A DNA stretch of 64,000 nt from the NCBI RefSeq assembly GCF_009914755.1, contig NC_060930.1; one strand, given 5' to 3'. The first letter of the stretch is position 1. Every line of letters starts with the position of its first letter. Under the pieces are notes generated by a model. The model worked only from the letters and a program-made list of their open reading frames with translations, had not been told where the DNA came from and ran no database searches. Of the stretch, positions 26,409 through 38,815 are shown piece after piece. Source of the DNA: the human T2T-CHM13v2.0 reference genome, Homo sapiens. The position numbers were made by a program, and so were the translations under genes.

Positions 26409-29400
26409 TATGATTTTTGTTTTTCATTCTGTTTATATGGTGTATCACACTTATTAACTTGTATATGTTAAACCATCCCTGCATCCCTGGTATGAAACCC
26501 ACTTGATCATGGTGGATTATCTTTTTGATATGCTGTTGGATTTGGTTAGCTAGTATTTTGTTGAGGATTTTTGCATCTATCTTCATCAGGGATATTGGTC
26601 TCTAATTTTCTTTTTTTGTTGTGTCCTTTCCTGGTTTTGTTATCAGGGTAATACTGGCTTCGTAGAATGATTTAAAGAGGATTCCCTCTTTCTCTGTCTT
26701 TTGGAGTAATTTCAGTAAGATTGGTACCAATTATTCTTTCAATGTCTGATAGAATTCAGCAGTGAATCCATCTGGTCCTGGACTTTTTTTGTTGGCAATT
26801 CTTTTATTACTGTTTCAATCTTGCTACTTGTTATTGATCTGTTCAGAGTTTCTATTTATTTCTAATTTAATCTGGGGGCATTGCATATTTCCAGAGATTT
26901 ATCCATCTCTAGATTTTTACTTTGTGTGTGTAAAGGTGTTCATAGTAGCCTTGAATGATCTTTTGCATTTCTGTGATATCAGTTATAAAATTTCCTATTT
27001 CATTTCTAATTGAGCTTATTTAGATCTTCTCTCTTCTTTTCTTGGTTAATCACACTAATGGTCTACCAATTTTGTTTATCTTTTCAAAGAACCAGCTTTT
27101 TGTTTCATTTACCTTTTGTGTTATTTTATTGTTTCAATTTTGTTTAGTTCTGCTATGATCTTTGTTATTTATTTTCTTCTACTGGGTTTGGGTTTCGTTT
27201 GTTCTTATTTCTCTAGTTCTGTGAAGTGTGACAGATTGTTTATTAGCACTCTTTCAGACTTTTTGATGTAGGCACTTCATGCTGTAAACCTTCCTCTTAG
27301 CATTGCTTTTGCTGTACCCCAGAGGTTTTGATAACTTGTATCACTATTATTGCTCAGCTGAAATAATTTTTTAATTTCCATCTTGATTTCATGGTTGAAC
27401 CAAAGATCATTCAAGAGCAGATTATATAATTTCCATGGATTTTTACAGTTTTAACAGTTCCTTTTGGAGTTAATTTCCAGTTTTATTCCACTATGGTCTG
27501 AGAGGATACTTGATATAACTTTGATTTTCTTAAATTTACTGAGACTTGTTTTGTGACCTATCATCTGATCTATCTTGGAGAATGTTCCATGTGTTGAAGA
27601 AAAGAATGTATATTCTGCAGTTGTTGGGTAGACTGTTCTGAAAATACCTGTTAAGTCCATAGGTTCTATGGTATAGTTTAAGTCAATTGTTTCTTTGTTG
27701 ACTTTCTGTCTTGATGACCTGTGTAGTGCTGTCAGTGCAGAACTGAAGTCCCCCACTATTATTGCATTGCCATCTATCTCATTTCTTAGGTCTAGTTGTA
27801 ATTGTTTTATAAATTTGGGAGCTCCAGTGTTAGGTGCATATATACTTAGAATTGTGGTATTTTCCTGTGGACTATTCCTTTTTCCATTATATAATGTCCC
27901 TCTTTGTCTTCTTTTACTGTTGTTGCTTTAAAGTCTCTTTCATCTGACATAAGAATAGCTACTTCTGCTCATTTTGGGTTTCCATATGTGTGAAATATCT
28001 TTTTCCACTCCACTACCTTAAGTTTATGTGAGTCCTTACGTGTTTGGTGAGTCTCTTGAAGACAGCAGGTACTTGGTTGGTGGATTTTTATTCATTTTGC
28101 CATTCTGTATCTTTTAAATGGAGCATTTAAGCCATTTACATTCAACGTTGGTATTAAGATGTGAGGTACTGTTCTATTCATCATGTTAGTTGTTGCCTTA
28201 ATACCTTGGGTTTTTTTCCATTGTGTTATTGTTTTATAGGCCCTGTGAGATTTATGCTTTAAGGAGGTTCTACTTTGGTGTATTTTGAGGTTTTCCTTAA
28301 AGATTTAGAACTTCTTTAGGCATGTTGTAGTGCTGGCTTAGTAGTGATTAATTCTTTCAGCATTTGTTTGTCCAAAAAACACTTTATCTTTCCCTCATTT
28401 ATGAAGCTTAGTTTTGCTGAATACAAAATTCTTGGCTAACAATTATTTTGTTTCAGGAGGCTAAAGATGGGACCCCAATCCTTTCTGGCCTGTAAGGTTT
28501 CTGCCAAGAAGTCTGCTGTTAATTGATAGGTTTTCCTTTATAGGTTATCTGATGCTTTTTTCTCAAAGCTCTTAATATTCTTTCATTTGTCTTGACTTTA
28601 GATAATCTGATGGCTATGTACCTAAGTGAAGATCTTTTTGTGATGAATTTCCCAGGTGTTCTTTGAACTTCTTGTATTTGGATGTCTAGATCTCTAGCAA
28701 GGACAGGGAAATTTTCTTCGATTATTCCCTCAAATAAGTTTTCCAAACTTTTAGATTTCTCTTCTTCTTCAGAAACACCAATTATTGTTAGGTTTGGCTG
28801 TTTAACATAATCCCAAATTTCTTAGAGGCTTTGTTCATTTTTTAAAATTATTTTTTATTTTACTTTATCAGATTGGGTTAATTTGGAAGACTTGTCTTCA
28901 AACTCTGAAATTCTGTTTTCTACTTGTTCTAGTCTACTGTTGAAACTTTCAACTGCATTTTGTATTTCTCTAAGTGTGTCTTTCTTTTCTGGAAGTTGTG
29001 ATTGTTTTGTTTTTATCATATCTATTTCTCTGGAGAATTTTTCATCTGTATCTGTATCTTTTTAAAATTTCTTTAGGTTGTTTTTCACCTTTCTTTGGTA
29101 TCTCCTTGAGTAGCTTAATAATCAACCTTCTGAATTCTTTATCTGGCACTTCAGAGATTTCTTCTTGGTTTGGATTCATTGCTGAGGAGCTGGTGTGATC
29201 TTTAGCAGATGTTATAGAACCCTGTTTTGTCATATTACCAGAATTACTTTTCTGGTTCCTTCTCATTTGGGTAGACTATTTCAGTGGAGAGGTCTGAAAC
29301 TCAAGTCCTGTTGTTTAGATTCTCTTGTCCCATGGGGTAATCCCTTGATATGGTGCTTTCCTCCTTCCTCTAGGGATGTGGCTTTCTGAGAGCTGAACTG

Positions 29401-31637
29401 CAGTGATTGTTATTGCTCTTCTGGGTCTAGCCACCCGGTGGGACTACCAGGCTCTGGGTTGCTGCTGGGGGATATCTGCAAAGGGTCCTGTGATGTGATC
29501 CATATTCGGGTCTCACAGCCATGGATACCAGCATCTGCTCTGGTAGAGATGGCAGGAGAGTGAAGCAGACTCTGTCAGAGTCCTTGGTTGCAGATATGTT
29601 TAGTGTACTGGCTTTCTTGAATGCTGGTTATGCTAGCTGTGAAATTATCATGTGGACACACTCAGGACCGCTGGTTAGCCGGGATGTTGTAAGCAGTGGA
29701 ATTATGTGTTGGATTCTCCTGTCTGAGATCAGGTTTATTCTGTCATGAGTTGCTTTAATGACCTGAGTTGGTTGGCCTCTAGCCAGGAGGTGGCACTTTC
29801 AAGAGAGCACCAGCTGTGGTAGTAGTAGGGGGTTCTAAGCATGCCATAAGATGACCATGGTATTTTGGTTTCTCCAGTGATGGGCAGGGTCATAAAGTTC
29901 CCAAGAGTTTCTAGGTTTTGTGTTCAGCTACCAGGGTGGGTAGTGAAATACCATCAAGTGAGGGCAGGATTAAGTGGCTCTTAACTCAGACTCTCTTTGG
30001 GCAGGGCCTGCCATGGTCACTGTTGGGGGGATGGGTTCTCAGTCCATTGGGGCTATATTCCAGAGGGGATCTTGGCTGCCTCTGCTGTATCATATAGTTC
30101 ACCATAGAAGTGGGGGATACCCAGTAGTGAGAAGCCTGACTCAGCTCCCATGAAGTTGGTGAGGCTGGTCTCACTCCTGCAGTGCCTTGCTCAGACCTTG
30201 CACCATGAGCTACCCTACTGAGAAACCAAGGTGACCTTTAGACCTCATCCCTCCCTGTCTGCCTATTTGAGCAGCAGCAGCTCCTGCGCTCCTGTGCTTG
30301 CTCATATCCACAGCAGCATCCACTCATCCCCTGGACTCCACTAAGAAAAAAATTGTTCCCAGTCTAAACCACTACCAATTACAGTTGAGAGTTTCCTTCT
30401 CTCTGCAACCCCTCCCCAATTCTGCTGACTGCCTTCCCAAAGGGCCCCTGTGAGATTTAGTCAGGGATAGCTCCCCTGGACTTTAGCTAGAGACTGGGAG
30501 TAAGTGCAAGGCACTTCATGCTGCTACTTCTACTTTTATATTTCGGGTGACTTCTTAACTCCATTTCATCTCTAGGTAAGGTTGAATCCTTCTCCTGTGA
30601 TCTGGATTTTCAGATTCCCCAGGTGGAATGTGTGTTTGGAGGTAGGTTCCCACCTCACACTTTGGGAACTCACAGTTTCTCACCTGTTTCATGGAATTTG
30701 CAGTGGCATGCTGCTTCTTTCAAAGTGTGAATTCTTTCAGTTTTCCTGGTATGTTCCTGCAGTGATCCTTGGAGAAAAGTTCACAGTGTGAGTCTGCACA
30801 CACTGTTGTGACCATTCATGTGGGAGCTGCACGTTAGCCTTGTTTCCTATCTGCCATCTTCCCCCAATATCCGATAGTTTGCTTTTTGAAAAGATCAACA
30901 CAATTGATAAACCCTCTGGTTAAAAAAAAAAGAAAAAGAAACAGACTCAAATTACTGAATCAGGAATGAAAGGGGATATTACTACCAATCTTTGAGAAAT
31001 AAAAAGAATTATTAGAGAATACTATGAACAATCATATGCCAACAAATTAGATTAGTTAGATGAAATGGACAAATTCCTAAAAGAATACAGTCTACTTAAA
31101 CTGATTAAAGGAGAAATAGAAAATTTGAGTCAATCTATAACAAATTAAAATATTAAACTAATAATCAAAAAAATTGCCACCAGAAAAAAGGTCAGAACCA
31201 AATCTCTTCACTGGTAAGTTCTACCACATATTTAATAAGAATAACACTAATTCTTCACAAACTTTTTCAAAAAATAGAAAGGGAGGAGACATTTCCCAGA
31301 TCATTCTATGAGGCCAGTATTTACTTGATACCAAAACTAGATAAAGCGATCAAAAGAAAAAAAAAAAAGCTACGGACCAGTAGCTCTTATAAATGTAATA
31401 AATATGGATACAAAAATTCTCAACAAAATACTAGCAAACTGATTTCAATAACATATAAAAATAATTATATGCCATAATCAAGTGAGATTTATCTGAGGTA
31501 TACAAGTTTGTTTCAACATATCAAAACTAATCAATGTTATACACCATATTAACAGAATATGGGGCCAAAGAAACCACATAATCATCTCAATAGACACACA
31601 CAAAAAAGCATTTGATGAAATTCAACCTGCTTCCATG

Positions 31638-31640
<3 letters not shown>

Positions 31641-31686
<46 letters not shown>
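31641..31686. repeat. (CA)23 microsatellite
   Basis: Perfect CA run at the left junction of the L1MA insert. Confidence 0.98.
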
Positions 31687-31688
<2 letters not shown>

Positions 31689-32650
31689 AGCTCCTTTGGA
31701 TACATACCCAGAAAAGGAATTGCGTATCATATGGTAGTTCTATTTTTAACTTTTTGTGGAACCTCCACATCATTTTTCATAATGGCTGTACTAATCTATA
31801 TTCCTACCAACAGTGTACCAGGGTTCCCTCTTCTCCACATCTTCACCGGTACTTATCTCTTGTCTTTTCGGCTAATAATCAATAATAACCTGCCTTTTTA
31901 GCAGGTATAAGGTAGTATCTCATTGTAGTTTTAATTTGCATTTCCCTGATGATTAGCGATGTTGACCACCTTTCATGTATCTCTTGGCCATTTGTATATC
32001 TTCTTTTGAGAAATGCCTGTTCAGGTCCTTTACCCATTTTTAAATCAGGTTATTTGTTTTTCTTGCTATTAAGTTGTTTGAGTTCCTCAAATATTTATCA
32101 TATTAGCCCCACAGATTAATGAATAAAGAAAATGTGGTATATATGCACAATAGAATACTATACATCCTTTAAAATGAAAAAAAATTTACCATTTGTGAAA
32201 ACATAAATGAAGCTGGAAGACATTATGCTAAGTGAAATAAGACAGTCCCGGAAAGAACAAACACTCCATGAACTCACTTATATTTGGAATTTTAAAAATC
32301 ATTACTCATAGAGGCAGAGAGTAAAATGGTGGTTACCAAAGGCTGGGGTGGGGAGGGTGGGGAAAGTGTAGTCATGGGTGAAAAGGTACACAGTTTCAGT
32401 TAGGCAAGAGGAAGCAGTTTTAGAGATCTATTGCACAGCATGGTGACCATACTAACATACTGCATATTTCAAAATTGCTAAAAGAGTAAAATTTAAATGT
32501 TCTCATTATTTAAAAAAGATAAGTACGTGAGGTGATGAATATATTAATAAGCCTGATTTAATCTTTCTAAAATATGTACATATATCAAAACATCATGTTG
32601 AACCCCACATATGTATATAGCTATTATTTGTCAACTAAAAATTTTAAAAA
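31687..32650 (+). mobile_element. L1MA (MA6/7-like), 5'-truncated with a 5' inversion (31687-32110 antisense, 32111-32650 sense)
   Basis: Antisense ORF2 C-terminal segment (KLKIELPYD) abuts sense ACAGATTAATGAATAAAGAAAATGTGG...TTGTCAACTAAAAATT 3' UTR. Confidence 0.88.
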
Positions 32651-32921
32651 GCAAAACATGCAACAGGCTAGGAATATAAGGCACTTATTCAACCTGATAA
32701 AGTGTATCTGTGAAAAACCCACAATTCATATTATACTTAATTGCAAAAGTCTAAAAGCTTTTTTCCTAAGGTCCAAAACAAGACAAAGATGTTCACTGTT
32801 GCCACATGTGTTAACATTGTATTGGAGATTCTACCCAGGGCAGTCAGGCAATAAAAAGAAATACAAGGAATCTAGATTGAAAAAGAAGAAATAAAACTAT
32901 CTGTATTTGCAGATGACATAA

Positions 32922-33234
<313 letters not shown>

Positions 33235-36152
33235 GACATAATCTTATACACAGAAAGTCCTAGGAGATCCACACCTGCCCCTCCCCCCAAAAAATCCTAT
33301 TAGAGGTAATAAGTGAGTTCAGCAAGGTTATGGGATACATGGACAATACAAAAAAATTAACTGTATTTCTATGCACTTGTAATTAACAATCCAAAGATAA
33401 AATTAAGAAAATAATTCTATTTACAAAAGAATCAGCAAGAATAAACCTTATGAATAGATGTAACCAAAGAAATGTAAGACATACACACTGAAAAATGCAG
33501 AACATCATTGAAAAGGATTAAAGAATACCTAAATAAATGAAAAGACATTCCATGTTCATGGATTGGAAGACTTAATATTGTTTAGACAGCAATACTCTTC
33601 AAATTGATCTACAGATTCAATATAATCCTTGTCAAAATTTTAGCTGCCTCTTTTGCAAACACTGAAAAGCTGATCCCAAAATTCATATGGAAATTCAGGA
33701 CCTATCATACCCAAAACAATCTTGAAAAAGTATAATAAAGTTGGAGACTCACAATTTCCAATTTCAAAGCTAGAGTATTTACCACAAAGCTACAGTATTG
33801 AAGACTGTATGGTATTGCCATAAAGATAGAACTACAGATCAATGAATAGAGAGCCCAGAAATAAACCCATGCATTCATGGTCAATTGATTTTGATAAGGA
33901 TGCCAGGACAATTCAATGAGGGAAAACAGAGGCTTTTCCACAAATGACACTCGGACAACTAGATATGCACATGCAAAAGAATGAAGCTGAATGTCAATCT
34001 TATGCCATATATAAAAATTAACTCCAAATAGTCAAATATCTAAATATAAGAGCTAAAATTATTAAAAATCTTAAAAGAAAACATGAGATTAAATCTTTAC
34101 CACCTTAGATTAGGCAATGCTTTTCTAGATATGAAACCAGAACACAAGCAACCAATAAAAAAATTGATAACTGGACTTCATCAAAAATTTTAAAAACTTT
34201 GCTTCAAAGAAAACTATCAAAAAGTGAGAAGATCAGCAACAAGGTGGGAGAAAATATTTACATCTCATGTATCTGGAAAAGAATCTAGTTTCCAGAATCC
34301 TTTATTGTTGTAAGAGCTCTATAAACAGCTCTTACAACTCAACAATGAAAGACAAATAACTCAATTAATAAATGAGCAAAGGATTTGTATAGATATTTCC
34401 CCAAAGAATATATGCAGGTGGCCAATAAGCATATGAAAAGATGTTAGCTATCATTAGTCATTAGGGAAATGCAAATCAAAATCATAATGAGATACCACTT
34501 CACACCCACTAGATGGCTATAATCAAAAAGACAAACCATAACAAGTATTGCTAAGGATGTAGAAAAATTGGAACACTCATACACTGTTTTTTCAAGTGTA
34601 AAATGATGCAGCCACTTTGGGAAACAATTTGCCAGTTCCTCAAAAAGTCAAACATGGGGTTACCATGCAACCTGGTAATAACACTCCCGTGCATATACCC
34701 AAGAGAACTGACAACAAAAACTTGTACATTAATACTCATAACAGCACTATTCATAGCAGCCAAAAAGTAGAAACGACACAAAAGTTTATCAACCAATGAA
34801 AGATTAAACAAACAAAATGTGGTAAATCCATAGAATGGAATATTATTCAGTCATGAAACAGAATGAAGTACTGATACATGCTACAATATGGATGAAATTT
34901 GAAAACCTATGCTAAGTGAAAGAAGTCAGACACAAAAAGCCCACATATTCTATGACTTCAATTGTATGAAATGTCCAGAATAAGTAAATCCATAGAACTA
35001 GAAAGTAGATTTGTGATTGCTTAGGTCTAGGGGAGGAGAGGAAACAGAGAGTGACTGCTAATGGGTATGAGTTTCTTTTTGGGATAAGAAAATGTTCTGG
35101 AATTAGGCAGTGGTGATAGTTGCACAACCTTACAAATATACTAAAATCTGCTGAATTGTACACATTAAAAGGGTGAATTTCATAATATGTGAGTTAAGCC
35201 TGAATTTAAAAAAAAATTTGAATCTGGGATATAACAAGTTGTGTAAAATTACACTAAATCCTAAGGTGTACTCTGCTATGTTACATGCACAAAGTGAAGT
35301 AAAGTGAAAGAGAACAGGTGAAGGTATATGGCTAGGAAAATGAACAAAATAAATATTTTTTTCTTCAAGCAGAAAAATTCTTATTCACCCATGACAAGAA
35401 GGTTAGTGACTATTTCCAGAATGTATGTAGATTGTGAAAAATGAAGTGCCTAGTTCTTAGATATACCATTTGTGGTTTTAAGACCAAGAAATGCAAGGTG
35501 TCTCAATTCCCAGATCACACTTTTTTATTAAGCAAACAAAAGTCATGAGATGGTCATGTTTAAAATCTGCACCCTTCTCCAATCAGGCTCTCCAACCAAA
35601 GACATGCTGTGACAGTTTCCCCTATTCTAGTTAGCATGGCTTTTGGGTTAACAGAAAAGAGCATTTTACCAGAAAAAGAGAGAAAATTTTAAAAGACTTC
35701 ATATTTTTAAAAAATCTCTACTTTGATGAAAGAAAAAAACATCTGGTTGATTTATACTTTTACTGTAGACAGAATACACACAATTTCAGGATGGTAATTA
35801 CCTCCAGAGAGGAAGGGAGGAGGGAGAAGCAATGGGAAGAAGAGAGTGAGGAGCTGAAGTGGGTGAGGGTAGCCCCATCTTTAATATTATACTTTTTATA
35901 AACACAGAAAACAAGCTAAAGCAAAGCATTTATATGTTTAATTTTAATGACAGATGTATGGGCATCTGTTACTTTCTTTGTTAAGCTTTCCCGTATTTTT
36001 GAGACATTTGAAAATATAACAATTATTTTTAAATTATTTGATATTTAAAATATATTTTTCACTGTAATAACACAGTATTTTTTAAATTTTTTCCAGTTGT
36101 AGTTAATAATAGCTAAGTACTGTTCCAAGCTGGCAAAAAGTCCTTAAAAATA

Positions 36153-36450
36153 CATTCGGTCAGTCATGAAACATTTATTCAGGACCTACCACAGCTCTAT
36201 GTGCCAAGTGTTATGAAAGGTGCTCGTGATACAAAGATAAATAAGACACAGACTCTGCCTTCAAAAAGCTCTTGTCCTAGCGGGAAATTCAGACAGGTAA
36301 ATGGATAATCTCAAGACAATTTAGTAAGTGCTATGAGAAATATATGCACAGGCGAGAGGCATGGGCTCAGAGAAGGGGGTGAAAAAATCAGTCACATGTA
36401 CTTCCCTGATTCTCCCTGGGGAATTAAACACTGAATACATCAAGCCTAGG
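36153..36450 (-). mobile_element. L2 3' end relic
   Basis: CATTCGGTCAGTCATGAAACATTTATT...TATGTGCCAAG...GATACAAAGATAAATAAGACACAGACTCTGCCTTCAA. Confidence 0.75.
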
Positions 36451-36659
36451 TAGAAATGGAAGAAGAAGATAACAAAAAAGTGTTTATCTAGCATAGTGAC
36501 ATAATGCACCAAATGTAGACAACACTATAATTTTTCCCTCTGTAATTTTTAAAGCCTTAATTTCATATACTTATTTTAATCAAATTCATTTAGCCAACTG
36601 TGAAATTTCTGCATACTTTGTACTAAGGAGACTTTTGTTGGCTAGCATTTACTTTTTTA

Positions 36660-36790
36660 CTAAATCTTCATGATATCTGTGGAAGATAAGTGATATTAAT
36701 ATCCCCATTTTACAAATAAGAGGACTGAGTTTTCTGTGTAGCTCAAAAGTTTGTCCAAATTAGCAAATCTGGTTAAACAGTTCCCTAAAC
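36660..36790 (-). mobile_element. MIR SINE relic
   Basis: ATCCCCATTTTACAAATAAGAGGACTGAG core. Confidence 0.65.
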
Positions 36791-38362
36791 CACCTGCCCA
36801 CACTAACTCAATGTCAGTTATGTAATGGAAAAATAAAAGAGCCATAGAACCTTCTATTACTACAAAGATTATTTTCATCATAATGTCTGAAATTCCATCT
36901 AATTTTTAAGATTAAGAAAGCCTTTGAAATTATTTGGTTGATTACATTTTATTAACAGAGTGCTTGTATGTTTAACCATTAACTCTGCAAAGTGTGTAAA
37001 GGAAAACCAATCTAATGGCATTCATTTTCCATGACCGAACAACTGGATTTGGTTCTGGTCAATTAAAATGGCCTGTCCAGGACTCTCAACAGGACAGTGA
37101 TTGATGTCAAGAAAGAGCCCTTATTGAGACCTACTGGCTGTTTTGTAAAGAAAAGTCACAAGGATCCCATTCCTTAGTGGTGTTTGGATGAGGGGGACAC
37201 AGTGCCATTGGCAACCAGCAGGATGTTAGGGAAAAAAAACAAAAAGAAAAGGCATGTATTGTTTAATAGAGATCAGCTGCTGATGAGACACTTATCAGAA
37301 CCCCCTTTGTTCCCAAGGCTGGGAGGATTTGCCACAGACTCCCTAGACAACAAGAACACAAGCAGGGTCTCACAGACAAAAAACACATGAGAAATTACCC
37401 AGGAGCCCAGGAACCCCAGATGATAGCCACCTCGGAGAGGGAGTGCAGGAGAATGATTGTCCAAGCAGCTCTCTAACACTGTGAGATGCCAGACTTAGGG
37501 GACAACAGGGGCCAAAGCTTCAGGGATGCCAAGAGACACAGAACTGTTGCCATTTAAATGAAGCCTGAAACAGAGGGCCTTACTGCTAAGTTTTTGTTGT
37601 TTGAAAGGATTTTCATTCAGATCTGTGCTAAGTGGGCTCTTGTGTTTCTCAGTAACCCAGCTTCCTGATGGACTGCATGCCCCTGGGGACCCTTCCTGTC
37701 CCATCAAGTGTGAGAACAAATTTGCCTGATTCTCCTCCAGAGAGAGCTTGGCAGTCACACAGCAGGTTGTGTCTCCCACACAAAGGCATTTCCTTGTATT
37801 CCAGTGACCCTTGCTTCGACCCCTTGTTTCCACCTCTAAGTGCCTTCCTCAGATACTACGTTACATGTACCATTGCTTTGTGGGCAAAGGAGACTTCTTT
37901 CATTCTTTATTATTTGACCAAACTATAGGTCACAATAGTGACAGTGACAGTCCTCAAAGAGCCTAGGCCAAGGCTAAAGGGGCATGTAACTCCATGACAG
38001 TTGCCTTCATTAGAAACAGTGCTTAAAGCAGGAATTCCAGCTGGGTGTCCTGTTTCGAAGTTCACTTACTTTCTCTCCTTTCCCTTCCTTAAGAACTCAA
38101 AGTAAGGAGAAGGCTAATTTTGCTAAGGTTTCAGAAAACAACACCCAACTGGTAATTTATTGAAACAAAGTGACTTATTTACTCCTAGAGACAAGTATAG
38201 AACTATAAAAAGAATGAAAGAACTCCGAATATGTCAAAATGCTCATAGTACTGTAAGTTAAAAACTGAATTAACTATTCAGCCTACATTGTCTATTTAAA
38301 ATTGTAAAACTGGCCAGGCATAACAAAGACCTGAATTTTAGGTTCTTAGTTTGTATGGTTAA

Positions 38363-38815
38363 TTTCATGCGCGTCTGTGTGAAGAGACCACCAAACAGGC
38401 TTTGTGTGAGCAACATGGCTGTTTATTTCACCTGGGTGCAGGCAGGCTGAGTCCGAAAAGAGAGTCAGCGAAGGGAGATAGGGGTGGGGCCGTTTTATAG
38501 GATTTGGGTAGGTAAAGGAAAATTACAGTCAAAGGGGGGTTGTTCTCTGGCGGGCAGGAGTGGGGGTCGCAAGGTGCTCAGTGGGGGTGCTTTTTGAGCC
38601 AGGATGAGCCAGGAAAAGGACTTTCACAAGGTAATGTCATCACTTAAGGCAAGGACCGGCCATTTACACTTCTTTTGTGGTGGAATGTCATCAGTTAAGG
38701 TGAGGCAGGGCATATTCACTTCTTTTGTGATTCTTCAGTCACTTCAGGCCATCTGGGTGTATACGTGCAAGTCACAGGGGATGTGATGGCTTGGCTTGGG
38801 CTCAGAGGCCTGACA
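38363..38815 (-). repeat. 3' LTR (LTR7)
   Basis: Minus strand TGTCAGGCCTCTGAGCCCAAG...TATAAAA...AATAAA...GCGCATGAAA; preceded by PPT ATAAGAAGGCAGGAA (38816-38830). Confidence 0.98.

Larger units (their letters stand above)
23115..30870 (-). mobile_element. Full-length L1PB (L1PB1 3' end, L1PBa-type 5' UTR), decayed ORF1/ORF2
   Basis: 5' start GGGGGAAGATGGCAGATAGG near 30865; ORF1 peptides (29042-29266, 28519-28746); ORF2 peptides (GDFSSAL/IDQMIGHK 27451-27756, [15 protein letters not shown] 26401-26586, 24615-24821, 23746-24096); L1PB1-type 3' UTR and T-rich tail at 23115-23143. Confidence 0.93.

Noticed and set aside
38604-38786. Duplicated small ORF MSQEKDFHKV (also 44067-44285)
   Set aside because: Antisense reading of the two LTR7 copies.
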